The notes: generated by a model not told the origin, from the letters alone. A DNA stretch of 64,000 nucleotides from Candidatus Poribacteria bacterium (GCA_965198235.1 OZ240248.1:640001-704000); one strand, 5' to 3'; shown: positions 46,754-57,119, numbered from the stretch's first letter. Translations and numbers: made by a program.

Positions 46754-48367
46754 ATGAAGACCCGAATTTCTATTTTAAGTGCAGCATGCCTCATCAGTTG
46801 TTTTGCAATTGCTGGGTTGTTAACCCCTGCTGCTGCGGATTATGATTATTACGCCGACCGATTGAGTCGAGAGCATCGCGTTGCAAATGATGTCGATGAA
46901 TGGATAGAACGTGGGAATGCGACAATTACCGCCAGTCCGCGTTTTGAAGATGGTGTTCGGCTCACCGCTTGGGCAAATGCTGCCGAGGACGCAAATAACT
47001 ACGAATTCGCGATTGCCAGCGCGGTATATCTCTTTGAAATTCCAACGGGGACACAGTACATTGAAGTTTTGGTGAGGTATCGAGGGGAACCCCATCGCCT
47101 GGAGATTGAAGACTACGAAGAACCTATCGCGGGACGTGTTTGGATTCGTAATACCCAGCGCGAGGCGACTCGTCGCGGTTACCATGACGAGAATGCTAAG
47201 GAGACACGCTACGGTGACACCTTTGTCCTGCGAGCAAAAAATCGCTCTGAGCGAATTAAAATTCCTGCAGTGGGCCATGTCAAAGATGGATGGATGGAAC
47301 TTCATATCGTTGCAGAGGGTGGCGAACAGATTGACGTGGAACATCTTGAGGTATCTACTTATCAGAGGCAACCGAAGGTTAAAGTGATTCAACGGTATAC
47401 ACCGGCTTATCGTTGGCATCCATGGCACCGTTACACCTATCTCTACTTTTACGATGGTCCTATCTATTACGCAACGGACTACGACCACTATCTCCGATGG
47501 AGTTATCCGATCTACGATCACCACCATCTCTCGATCCGTTCGTATTATGGAGGGTATCTTGGACGTTACCGTCGGTATTACTCAGGTGCGTACTACCGCG
47601 GTTATTCGCCGTATTATGGTTCTTACCAAGGTCACTACCGCGGCACACCGAAGGTCTATCAGCGGCGAACACGTTTGAATCGGTGGAGTGCACAGCATGA
47701 AACAGCGCGCCGGCAGTACAGCCGTAGCCGATTGTCTGCGAACAGTCGTCAAGGAGAACGGACAGCGGTTAGGAGAAACATCCGCACCACGCTTGAAAAC
47801 CACCGAAGGCAGACACCGGCAACAACGGAACGGGTTGCGCGCCAGTCAATTATTTTGGAGAAACAGCGCTCGCTTGCCTCCGCATCAACACTCCGGCAGA
47901 ATAGTGTAAGACGGAGCACATACTCTGGAAATGCGCTAAGCAAGCAGCGGCGTTACTCGGGTTCGACGGCACAGAATCTGAGTAGTTATAGAAGTTCCGT
48001 AGAGAGACAGCGAACTACGCCACTTTATAGACGTTCGACCCCTTCTTCAAACCGGTCATTCTCGTCCAGTACAAGTAATAACTCACGTTCAAAGTATAGG
48101 AGCTCGACGTCAAGTTCAAGTTCGACGCGCTCGCGCTCAAGCATAAACCGTTCAACTGAGAGGTCTCGCATAAGTCGTTCGAGTTCGACATCAAGTAAAA
48201 GCTCGACGCGCTCGCGTTCAAGCATAAGCCGTTCCTCTTCTACAAAGTCTCGGACGCGCCCGACAACATCAAGTTCGAGTTCATCGCGTAGCAGTTCGAG
48301 CAGTAGCAAGGATGATGACGATAAGAATCGGAGTCGGACAACGGAACGGACGAAACGAAGACGTTAA
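46754..48367 (+). CDS. secreted protein with Tyr-rich region and long Ser/Arg low-complexity tail
   Basis: GGAGG RBS; signal peptide ending AAA-D; strong compositional bias. Confidence 0.8.
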   Translation: MKTRISILSAACLISCFAIAGLLTPAAADYDYYADRLSREHRVANDVDEWIERGNATITASPRFEDGVRLTAWANAAEDANNYEFAIASAVYLFEIPTGTQYIEVLVRYRGEPHRLEIEDYEEPIAGRVWIRNTQREATRRGYHDENAKETRYGDTFVLRAKNRSERIKIPAVGHVKDGWMELHIVAEGGEQIDVEHLEVSTYQRQPKVKVIQRYTPAYRWHPWHRYTYLYFYDGPIYYATDYDHYLRWSYPIYDHHHLSIRSYYGGYLGRYRRYYSGAYYRGYSPYYGSYQGHYRGTPKVYQRRTRLNRWSAQHETARRQYSRSRLSANSRQGERTAVRRNIRTTLENHRRQTPATTERVARQSIILEKQRSLASASTLRQNSVRRSTYSGNALSKQRRYSGSTAQNLSSYRSSVERQRTTPLYRRSTPSSNRSFSSSTSNNSRSKYRSSTSSSSSTRSRSSINRSTERSRISRSSSTSSKSSTRSRSSISRSSSTKSRTRPTTSSSSSSRSSSSSSKDDDDKNRSRTTERTKRRR

Positions 48368-48435
48368 TACGTTTATTAGGAGTAGTATAGGCTTTGCGCC
48401 CTTCTTGGATGCGCAAAGCCTTTATATTCATTCAG

Positions 48436-48999
48436 ATGCGATTTTTGTTAATTATATCACTACTGTTGTTGAACCTCCACGCCAGTTTTGCGCAGGAGGC
48501 TAAAAATGGTGCAGATACTGAGCAGCAAGCACCCGAAGTGACAGAAGAAGACCTGCTCGTCTCGCCGATTGGGGCTATGATACGCTCTGCGGTTTTCCCG
48601 GGATGGGGGCAATTTTATAGCCGGGGTTATATCCGCGGCAGTCTTACTATTTTGGGAATAGGGGGTTCTGTTGTCGGTGCCGTGTTGGCACAGCAATCTT
48701 TTATGAATCGTTACAATGCCTACGCGACGTACGCAAGTTTGTATCCCAACGACGATCAAGGTGTGTTAGAGCAGTACGAATTCGCGAATCAGCGCTACAA
48801 ACTCAGGACGTTTTTTATGTATACTGGTATCGGTATTTGGGTTTATAGCCTTATCGATTCTTATGTTGGTGCAAATTTCTACAATGCTACTACATTAATT
48901 CAGTCTATTGAGCAGGATGCACAGGATATTGAAAAATTGGGGATTGAAGTCGGGGCAACCCCATCACGTCTTTATTTAGGTATTGTTAAAACCTTTTAA
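48436..48999 (+). CDS. DUF5683-like membrane/outer-membrane-associated protein
   Basis: SP..A..RSA.FPGWGQFY and YSLIDSY motifs; C-terminal Phe. Confidence 0.7.
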   Translation: MRFLLIISLLLLNLHASFAQEAKNGADTEQQAPEVTEEDLLVSPIGAMIRSAVFPGWGQFYSRGYIRGSLTILGIGGSVVGAVLAQQSFMNRYNAYATYASLYPNDDQGVLEQYEFANQRYKLRTFFMYTGIGIWVYSLIDSYVGANFYNATTLIQSIEQDAQDIEKLGIEVGATPSRLYLGIVKTF

Positions 49000-49018
49000 A
49001 ATAAGGAGGGTACTTACT

Positions 49019-49579
49019 ATGTTCAGGGCTTTTGCAAAAGTCACCGGCGTACTCATCTTACTCATAGGTTTTATGGGGTGTGGGGATGCCGAAAAGGTCG
49101 GTCAGGTTCCACCTGAAGAACTCCTTCAAATCAATAAAACCTTAGACCGATGGCGGCAAGGTTATGAGACGGAAGATGTCAACTCTTATATCGGCACTTT
49201 TTGGGAAGACGGTTTCCTGTATGTTTCTGATATGGGAACAGACGGAGACAAAACGGACGATCTGGAGTTTGATGACATCCGACAGGAACGGGACGCTGCC
49301 ACTCGCGTCTTTGAGCGTTTTCAGGATATTGAGATAGAACTCTCTGTCCCACCAGAGATTTCTATGAATGAGGATGGTAATCAGGCGGAAGTACGGAATC
49401 ACTATAGAATCCAACTTTTCATATCCGATGGACATTCGCTGGAGGGTGGATTTAGTGGTGTATACGCTGAAGGTGACAACCTCTTTATCTTTGAAAAAAG
49501 AAACAATGAATGGCGTATAGCCGAATGGCATGACGAAGCCTTTAACGCAGAAGAAATTCGTATTGCCAACAATTTATAG
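49019..49579 (+). CDS. NTF2/SnoaL-like lipoprotein
   Basis: AAGGAGG RBS; lipobox FMGC; W..GYE..D and F.FEK....W.I..W motifs. Confidence 0.7.
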   Translation: MFRAFAKVTGVLILLIGFMGCGDAEKVGQVPPEELLQINKTLDRWRQGYETEDVNSYIGTFWEDGFLYVSDMGTDGDKTDDLEFDDIRQERDAATRVFERFQDIEIELSVPPEISMNEDGNQAEVRNHYRIQLFISDGHSLEGGFSGVYAEGDNLFIFEKRNNEWRIAEWHDEAFNAEEIRIANNL

Positions 49580-49638
49580 GTTTAAGAAAAGGAGGGGCAA
49601 TTTCCAGTCCAAGAATTGGGCCGGAATACCGCACGTTC

Positions 49639-51063
49639 ATGCCGCAACAGGAGGAACATCTCCGCGATTATCTTCAACTCATCCGAAAGCATGATTTTAC
49701 ACTCTGCCTGAGTGTCTTGCTGGTGTTAGGAACTGCTTTGGTTATCTCACTCCGCTTGCCTAAAACGTATGCTGCCTCCACTTTAATGTTACTCGTCCAA
49801 CCTAATACAACGTCTGCCTTGCCTTCAACGAACCTGTTTCAAAGCGTCCTCTCTGGCGGTGTTGACCGACGGGAAATGGAGACAATCAGTGCTCGATTTT
49901 CCACAGAATCAATGCTAAAAATGGCAATCGAAAACCTCGAAGAGAGTGGTAACGTTGAGGCAGTTTCTCTCCTTCCACCGGTAGGTAAACTCAAACGAAT
50001 GCTGAAGGCTCAGCTGAATCCAGACTCCGATTATATTAATCTTTCGATTGCTTTGACCGAGGCGGAGGGAGGGGAACGCAACGCGGCTCTTCTTGTTAAC
50101 CAGCTTGCACAAGATATGAAAACACTGAGGCGTGGAGATGAAGAGACAAAACTCAAAAAGCGGATGGAGTTTCTCGAAAATAAACGACGAGAAATTCAAA
50201 CCGAAATAGAAAAAGATTTTGATGCCCTCCTCCTATATGTTCGCCAGAATGGTAGCCCAGAAACATGGGTGCCGACTTTTACTAATTTACTTCAACGTCA
50301 TACCAGTGTTCGGGAAAGTCTTAAAACCAATCAACAGCAGCTCTATGCGACACGTGTCCACATTGCATATCTACAGGAACAACTAAAACTCTTACCAGAG
50401 CAGACGAAGATATCAGAAACTACATCCTACGACCCCGTTTGGCTTTTTCAGCAAGAGAAACTCTTCAACCTTGAATCGCAACGTGCTGCAGATGCGGAAA
50501 AGGTCGGTAAAACTGCATCAGAGTTGAAGGGACTCGACGCACAAATTGCTGAAATCCGCGAAAAAAACGCCCAAACCTCCCCTACGGCTACTACCGTTAC
50601 TTTCGGCACCCCTGCACATTATACCTATATAAAGAATCAGCTGCTGGCATTTATTCCGAGTCTCTCGCGTTATGAAAACGCTGCAGAACGCCTTAAGCAG
50701 GAACTTAGCACATTGGAAACTGAATTGGCGCAAATGCTGGAACAGATCCCAGAAAACCAGATAATTCTCACGCAGATGGGAGCCAAGATTCAGAAAACTA
50801 ATGAACTTGCTGAAGAGATTGCGAAACGGTCGCTTGAAGCTGAAATATTATATGCTGAATCCAAGTTAAATACCGTGCGCAACCAGATGGGTGGTATTGA
50901 AATCATCGACCGCGCCACACCAAGAAAAATTCCCGTTAGTCCTCAACTCAGGTTTATCTTGGTCATCGCGGGAATCGCAGGTCTATCCTTGGGTGTTACG
51001 ACTGCTTTGTTTATCGAATATTTCAACAAAAGTCCTGAGAGTCTAAAAAACTCGATGTCTTAA
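49639..51063 (+). CDS. GumC/Wzz-like polysaccharide chain-length/export protein (no kinase domain)
   Basis: HLRDYL; TM-P.TY.AS; long coiled coil; IIDRA.P...P.SP followed by TM. Confidence 0.82.
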   Translation: MPQQEEHLRDYLQLIRKHDFTLCLSVLLVLGTALVISLRLPKTYAASTLMLLVQPNTTSALPSTNLFQSVLSGGVDRREMETISARFSTESMLKMAIENLEESGNVEAVSLLPPVGKLKRMLKAQLNPDSDYINLSIALTEAEGGERNAALLVNQLAQDMKTLRRGDEETKLKKRMEFLENKRREIQTEIEKDFDALLLYVRQNGSPETWVPTFTNLLQRHTSVRESLKTNQQQLYATRVHIAYLQEQLKLLPEQTKISETTSYDPVWLFQQEKLFNLESQRAADAEKVGKTASELKGLDAQIAEIREKNAQTSPTATTVTFGTPAHYTYIKNQLLAFIPSLSRYENAAERLKQELSTLETELAQMLEQIPENQIILTQMGAKIQKTNELAEEIAKRSLEAEILYAESKLNTVRNQMGGIEIIDRATPRKIPVSPQLRFILVIAGIAGLSLGVTTALFIEYFNKSPESLKNSMS

Positions 51064-51160
51064 TTTTGAAGTTTTATAGCCCAATTTCGGGTTCAGGAGC
51101 CTTATATTGATGGCTGTATGAAAAAAAAATGTCAATTTTCCTTAAAATGTAGTATAATTA

Positions 51161-51460
51161 TAGTACGCCCAATGTGCAGTGTTGCCTGACTTGTTCGCTG
51201 CCATTGTGAGGATACTCACAAATTTACACCAGGACCCATCAATATTTTTTACTTGGGTCCTTAGGACAATACAACTTTATTTTCTATTGTCTTCGGGTGT
51301 CTTCAGGAAGACAGTAGTTGTCAAAATGATCCTCATATTAGGGACGCACCTATCCTGCACAGGATTTTGTGGGATAATTACTTGGGTGCACGCGAGAGCA
51401 ATTTGTAGATCGCGACTTATCCTTAAAGTGGGCGAAAAATCGAAAATAAAATGGTACTGA
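51161..51460 (+). ncRNA. candidate ~300-nt structured non-coding RNA
   Basis: TATAAT at 51153; terminal pairings enclose several hairpins; strand inferred. Confidence 0.4.
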
Positions 51461-51543
51461 TATAATTAAACTTGAAAAATATGACGTTTGTGGTATGATA
51501 TGTGAAATTACCACTCCATGCATGCGTTTTTTCTGTTAAAAAC

Positions 51544-51572
51544 TTGACAGAAATTTGAATCAGTGCTATTTT
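51544..51572 (+). promoter_or_regulatory. sigma70-like promoter upstream of the large OM protein gene
   Basis: TTGACA-17-TATTTT with TGn; a second candidate TTGAAA-16-TATGAT at 51472-51499. Confidence 0.45.
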
Positions 51573-51918
51573 AAATGCTAAGAACAGTTTTGTGGGCGTT
51601 TTATCACCTATTTATTGGGAATTCCCGCAAAACAAACCCTTAATTCGTTGGAAGGAGATTTGCTTTTTACACGCTTCGCTTGGTGTTCGCAACTTTCGGA
51701 TACCTGCCTGGCAGTAACAGAAAAGAACGAAATTGAAGTGATGTTGGTTTCATTAACAAGATTTTGGGACTTTTCGTTTACATGTAAAGCAGTTTTCATC
51801 CATTTTTAAGGTTTTTTGTCGGAAACCGAGGTAGGGACAGCGAAATGTGAAAAATTCATATCGCAGTTCCAGCGTCCAAACATCCGATTCATTATTTCCA
51901 AGGAGGAAAAACAAAGTA

Positions 51919-54900
51919 ATGAACAGGCTAAAACAATCATTTGATGTTTTACTTGTAGCGACCTGTATCCTGAGTGCTTTTGTGCTTTACGGTTGTGGTG
52001 CACAGAGCCTTGGTCCACAAGAACCCCTATTGCCAACAATTGAGGGGAGTTCTAAATTTTCAGCACGGTTCCAGTTGGAAGAAGAACCTCAGTTCTTCTA
52101 CGATCTGTTTGGAAAAGAGCTGCTTGAGGGTAATGAGGTCTATAACTATATTGAGCAAAAAGAGTTTGACCAGGCTGGTACATTGATTATTGGTCGGACC
52201 GGTCAGCTTGATAGCGAAAGATTCTCAGCGCAGCTGGATAGAACCGTCTTGACAGAAGACAGTTTCCGCGGTAGATATACCGAATTTGCGATCGGCGATA
52301 GTATGCGTTTCAAACCGTCTACATTGTTCCCGAACCGCTACATTCTCTACAAAACAGAGTTTGATGGGCTGCGTTGGGATATCTCTTTCGCGCAGGAACG
52401 ACATCTTTTCACGCTCATCAATTCGCGTATCTCAAACCCTGTTCAGTTGACAGACGCAGCGGCGAACCTTGCACCGACTCTCGGACGTCGAAATGGTTTG
52501 AATGAAGACGCTGGAGTTCGCCATATTGAAAACTCACGACTGGTGGGCTTCCGAGCCCAAGGACTTTTGGGTGACATCTTCCGTGTTGGGTTTACTTATG
52601 TCAACCTGCATAAAGAGCACCCCGAACGTGTTGAGAACCCGCTCATGGGTACTGTAGCCAATACACCGCCAAAGGTAATTTCTGTTGTTTTCCGCGATGA
52701 CTCACCTGAAGACAATCACGGTTCCGTTACCCTATTCTCTGGCTATGATGATGCCAAACATGGCGGGAATATTCAAGGTGGTGTCGGTGCGGCTTTCAAA
52801 GGCATGACTGCCACAGTCATCACGCAAGAACTGGAAGACTTAACACCCAAAGAGATTGAAGACGGTGTTGAACCTAAAGCCCAACCCGCACGAACCGAAA
52901 AGATTAATATCTTCTCTAGCGATGTCACTCCGATTGATGTAGGCGGACTTCCGTCTGATATCCGTAAATCCGGGGATTGGGCAATTGTGGACGGTTTCAA
53001 CAAAATGAAGTATGATCTCGTTTTTGACGAGCATGATATTGACCCGCGCACTGTTCAATCGGTCATTTTTGATATGGTCGTAGCCGGTGATTATAACATT
53101 GCTGTTATCGGATTCAGTGATGCTAACAAAGCCGCTGAAGGTGCAGATCCGTTTGTTGAAGAGTGGATTAAAACCGAAGATGGGCACATTGAAATGCCAT
53201 ACCGCGATGTTATTCAAGCCCCCGGTAACTATGGACAATCCTCGGATTATATTAGCAACCGCGCGAATCTCTTTGATAATCCGAGTCAATGGTCAGGTGA
53301 AGGCAGACCGCGTAAAATCCGTTATCGTTACGGCGCGGCACGAGCGGCACTCCTCTACGGGCTTGATTTGGAAGGTACAGTCGGCAACGTTTTCGTTCGG
53401 GCACACTACTCTATCAACGGTAAATATAAGCAGTATCCGACGGTCCCCAAAGATCAGATTGGATTTAGTAGACTTACGCCAACTATTATAGGTGAGGATG
53501 GCGAGGAAGAAACCGGTATCTCCGTCGATCCGGCAACAGGCTTGCCATTAGACCGGAACGGTATACCCACCTATTCGGAGACTGAAGGTGAGCGGTTTGA
53601 AGCCAGGTTAGGTGGTGAGGGAACCGACGAAAGCGGCGACGGAGAAATGGGAAGAGAAACCGCATGGTTCGTCCAACTCAAATCCCGATTTGGGAAGTTG
53701 TACCTTGAAGGTGTCTACTACCATATCGATCCCGGGTACACCACAACCTATCTCAACTTCGGTGCTAATACCGACAGAGACCAGCCCTACTCGCTGGAGC
53801 GAACCCCCGAATCTCAGGCTGAAAGAGATCCGTGGGATGAAGTCAATTATGCCCTCGTTGAAGATGATGATGATGACGATGACTGGCCCGATGACATTGA
53901 CTTCGACGGAGTCCTACCCCGTGCTGATGACAGAGACCAGAACGGTGTTTTGGACTTCCAAGAAGACTTTCTCATCTTTGATGCCGATCCACCAGTGTTT
54001 ACCGACCTCGTCGATCTGAACAACAACGGCACCATTGATTCTCTTGAGGACGATTTTGAACCGCAATATGAGTACGGGGTAGACAGGGCAGGATACCATG
54101 TCTTCGCTGAATATGACCTCCTTGATAACCTTTCACTCAAAGTTGGGTGGCTCAACGAAAACGAAGTTTCAAGCCGCCGGCAGAATGATTCCAAATACCT
54201 ACATGTCACCTACCAACGTGACATCCCTGATTTTGGAACTGTACTTTTCCAAAACCGCTTCGTCCGAGTCCGAGACGATATTCCAGATTACACCATTACA
54301 CTGCGTGTTGGTGAATTGGAGCCTGTCCAAATTTCCGACGAGCTTGATTTCTACAACGCTCGTGTGAATACGACAACGCTGCAGTTCCTTTACACTGCTG
54401 TTCCTAACCTCACACTTGAAGCGAAATTCCTCGTTGTCCTCCAAAAACAGTTTGAGCAGGATGAAGAAGGCGCGATCTTCTTGGATGTTGAGGGATCAGG
54501 AGAAGAGGGCGATCCACTCAATGCAGATCAACGCGTTGATTTCATGGTCCCCATTGAGCAGGTCCGATCCTCCGGTGACAGACGGGAATTCCCATTCTAT
54601 CCAGATCACGGAATTAATGCCCTGAACCCTGAGGATCCGGGCTTAATCTACGATTCTGAAAACTGGAAGAAGCGTCGTTATCCGGAACGGGATATTCGCA
54701 ATCAGCAGACGATTCTCAAGGCGAGATACGAGATTCCACTTGGTGACCTCCCCTTCGTCGACAGAATCGGTGAAGATCTGACGCTTACACCGATGGTGAA
54801 GTACATTTGGGACCGCGCTTTTGACCGCGGCGCAGAGGAAATTGGGGATGCCCTTAACCCACGTCTGTTTGTTCCGACTGATGAAGAACCCATCGAATAC

Positions 54901-55239
54901 TTGCGCTTCAACCGTAGAAGTCGTGAAGATGTCCTCGGCGTACGGCTTGATTATCAGTTCACGCAACGAATGAACATTCTTGGGGGTTTCCAGTACAGGA
55001 AGTTCACCAACCGGGATAATAACTTCAAAGATTATTTGACGAATTTCCCGGAAGATGAGGATGTGCCAATCCTTTTCCGACCCGACCTGCGAACACGGAT
55101 ATTTGAAGTCCAAGCAATCAACCGTGGTGAATGGCTTGGGTTTAACATTGTTATCCTCGCTGGTTACCGGCGAACCACCATCCTGCTCGACCACACGACG
55201 AGTAACACAACGTTTGTGCGAGCGATGATGGGTTTCTAA
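51919..55239 (+). CDS. large (~1100 aa) putative outer-membrane lipoprotein/beta-barrel with Ca2+-binding DxDxDG repeats
   Basis: AGGAGG RBS; lipobox LYGC; amphipathic beta-strands; DIDFDG, DRDQNG and DLNNNG motifs; C-terminal FVRAMMGF. Confidence 0.75.
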   Translation: MNRLKQSFDVLLVATCILSAFVLYGCGAQSLGPQEPLLPTIEGSSKFSARFQLEEEPQFFYDLFGKELLEGNEVYNYIEQKEFDQAGTLIIGRTGQLDSERFSAQLDRTVLTEDSFRGRYTEFAIGDSMRFKPSTLFPNRYILYKTEFDGLRWDISFAQERHLFTLINSRISNPVQLTDAAANLAPTLGRRNGLNEDAGVRHIENSRLVGFRAQGLLGDIFRVGFTYVNLHKEHPERVENPLMGTVANTPPKVISVVFRDDSPEDNHGSVTLFSGYDDAKHGGNIQGGVGAAFKGMTATVITQELEDLTPKEIEDGVEPKAQPARTEKINIFSSDVTPIDVGGLPSDIRKSGDWAIVDGFNKMKYDLVFDEHDIDPRTVQSVIFDMVVAGDYNIAVIGFSDANKAAEGADPFVEEWIKTEDGHIEMPYRDVIQAPGNYGQSSDYISNRANLFDNPSQWSGEGRPRKIRYRYGAARAALLYGLDLEGTVGNVFVRAHYSINGKYKQYPTVPKDQIGFSRLTPTIIGEDGEEETGISVDPATGLPLDRNGIPTYSETEGERFEARLGGEGTDESGDGEMGRETAWFVQLKSRFGKLYLEGVYYHIDPGYTTTYLNFGANTDRDQPYSLERTPESQAERDPWDEVNYALVEDDDDDDDWPDDIDFDGVLPRADDRDQNGVLDFQEDFLIFDADPPVFTDLVDLNNNGTIDSLEDDFEPQYEYGVDRAGYHVFAEYDLLDNLSLKVGWLNENEVSSRRQNDSKYLHVTYQRDIPDFGTVLFQNRFVRVRDDIPDYTITLRVGELEPVQISDELDFYNARVNTTTLQFLYTAVPNLTLEAKFLVVLQKQFEQDEEGAIFLDVEGSGEEGDPLNADQRVDFMVPIEQVRSSGDRREFPFYPDHGINALNPEDPGLIYDSENWKKRRYPERDIRNQQTILKARYEIPLGDLPFVDRIGEDLTLTPMVKYIWDRAFDRGAEEIGDALNPRLFVPTDEEPIEYLRFNRRSREDVLGVRLDYQFTQRMNILGGFQYRKFTNRDNNFKDYLTNFPEDEDVPILFRPDLRTRIFEVQAINRGEWLGFNIVILAGYRRTTILLDHTTSNTTFVRAMMGF

Positions 55240-55561
55240 GTGATGTTTGGATCGCTGGACACGAAGAAATCGTTCCAGCGATCTCGCGTCTCGCTATATC
55301 ACCTGTGTTGTGTTTCCATGGGGTTTGAATAAAACTCACGTAACTTCTGAAGCACTCAGGTGTTGTTAACGAGAACGGCGTTGTAAACGGTGGGAGCGGT
55401 TACAAATCGCTTCTACCCAACCTGAAAACTTGTGTTGTTTTTCAAATGCTCAAGTGTTAGTAAAATTGAGTTGTTGGGTGAGGTTCCCACAACACTTTAT
55501 GAGATGACTTGTAAAACTTGCCAGCGTATTTGGCAAGTTATCCTAAGGAGGATCAGAACGA

Positions 55562-56554
55562 ATGACTCGTTTAAGTTTGGTGTTAATGCTGGTCGCTTGT
55601 ATCGGTATGTCTGCCGGTGTTGTCTTCGCACAAGACAGTGGCGGAACCGTCCGGGGCCAGATTGTTGATACAACCACAGCACAAAGCCCAATTGATGGCG
55701 TTGAAGTCAAGATTGTTGCCCAAAGCGGCGAAGAATTTGCAGCATCGACGGATGCTAACGGTGATTATGAGCGCTCCGGTGTTCCCGCGGGTCGCTACCT
55801 CATCAGTATCTATAGAGAAGGATACGGTGATCGGCTCGGTAAACCCGTTACAGTCGTTAATGGTGGCGACCACTTTGTCCCACTCAAGATGACGAAAAAA
55901 GACAATATCGTCACTTTCTTCCAGAAGTTTGGATTCGTCTTCTGGCCCCTCGCCCTCTGTTCCATCACGGCGTTGACTTTCATTATTGAAAGACTGTTCA
56001 CCTTCGTTCGGAGCCGTTCTCGAATTGGAACCGAACAGTTTATCGCCAGTATTGCTGATTCATTGCGGAAAGAGAACATTATGGAAGCCGTCTCGATTTG
56101 TGAAGAAGCCGGTGGACCGCTTGCTAACGTTCTTAAAGCAGGATTGCTGCGATACAGCCAAGCCCAAATTGAGGAACGCAATATTACCAAAGAGGAAATT
56201 CAGGAATCCATTGAGGAAGCAAGTCTGCTTGAAATCCCTGAACTCGAAAGAAATCTACCCGTCCTCGGTACTGTTGCAGTCGTGTCTCCGCTGTTTGGTT
56301 TGCTCGGAACAGTTACAGGTATGATTAGTGCATTTACTACAATCGCACTTGAAGGTACTGGTGACCCGCAGCAGCTCGCTGGTGGTATCTCACAGGCACT
56401 TCTCACAACTGCTGCTGGCTTGACAGTTGCTATTCCCTGCTTGATTTTCTTCCAGCTCTTTGATAGTTGGGTCAACAGGCACCTGGTTGAGATCTCCCAG
56501 GTTTCTACCGAGATTGTGAACCAGTTGATTGTTAGTGAAGGCGGCGATGCCTAA
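55562..56554 (+). CDS. MotA/TolQ/ExbB proton channel with N-terminal carboxypeptidase-regulatory-like domain
   Basis: LGT....PLFGLLGTV.GMI.AF and GIS.AL.TTA.GL motifs; N-terminal G.V.G.IVD...TD.NG.Y...VP.G.Y domain. Confidence 0.9.
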   Translation: MTRLSLVLMLVACIGMSAGVVFAQDSGGTVRGQIVDTTTAQSPIDGVEVKIVAQSGEEFAASTDANGDYERSGVPAGRYLISIYREGYGDRLGKPVTVVNGGDHFVPLKMTKKDNIVTFFQKFGFVFWPLALCSITALTFIIERLFTFVRSRSRIGTEQFIASIADSLRKENIMEAVSICEEAGGPLANVLKAGLLRYSQAQIEERNITKEEIQESIEEASLLEIPELERNLPVLGTVAVVSPLFGLLGTVTGMISAFTTIALEGTGDPQQLAGGISQALLTTAAGLTVAIPCLIFFQLFDSWVNRHLVEISQVSTEIVNQLIVSEGGDA

Positions 56555-56666
56555 TCTTGGAACGGAACGGGCGGGTACTTTCACTCGCCCTCTCCTAATG
56601 ACTTTGTAGGCTACCAGGTCCTTGTACCTTAGCCTTAGTCTCATTAACGAGAAAGGAGACTCTAAA

Positions 56667-57119
56667 ATGCAACAAGCCGGCGGTGAAGTCAAATTGAGTC
56701 TACTTGCGACCAGGATCCGGGAACGCAAGCCACCAACGCTCAGTATGGCACCTATGATTGATTGTGTGTTCCTGCTCCTGATTTTCTTCATGGTATCGAC
56801 AACCTTCTCGCCGATTCCAGGTCTCCGGGTACAGTTGCCCCCGCCGGGGAAACCGTCACCCGATAAACCGAAAGGTCTGACTGTCCGAATCGCAAATCCG
56901 GAACCCGGTGATGACAGAGGCACTATGGTGCTGAATGATGAGGTCGTCCAGATTGATGAAATGTTTAATCGATTCATCAATGCACCTGAGGAAGCGACAA
57001 GCATGCTCATTATTCAATCCGAGCGAGAAGTACTACATGAGCAGATCGTGCAAGTGATGGATATCGCGAAACAGGCAGGTATAGATAAAATCGGGTTCGC
57101 TATTGTCGCGAGAGACTGA
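56667..57119 (+). CDS. exbD: ExbD/TolR family protein
   Basis: MAPMIDCVFLLLIFFMV TM segment with conserved Asp; AAGGAG RBS. Confidence 0.9.
   Translation: MQQAGGEVKLSLLATRIRERKPPTLSMAPMIDCVFLLLIFFMVSTTFSPIPGLRVQLPPPGKPSPDKPKGLTVRIANPEPGDDRGTMVLNDEVVQIDEMFNRFINAPEEATSMLIIQSEREVLHEQIVQVMDIAKQAGIDKIGFAIVARD

Noticed and set aside
46820-47527. 235-aa minus-strand ORF and other small overlapping ORFs
   Set aside because: Shadows of the low-complexity plus-strand gene
51179-51460. 93-aa ORF as a real protein
   Set aside because: No RBS or motifs; the region is better explained by RNA structure, but coding is not fully excluded
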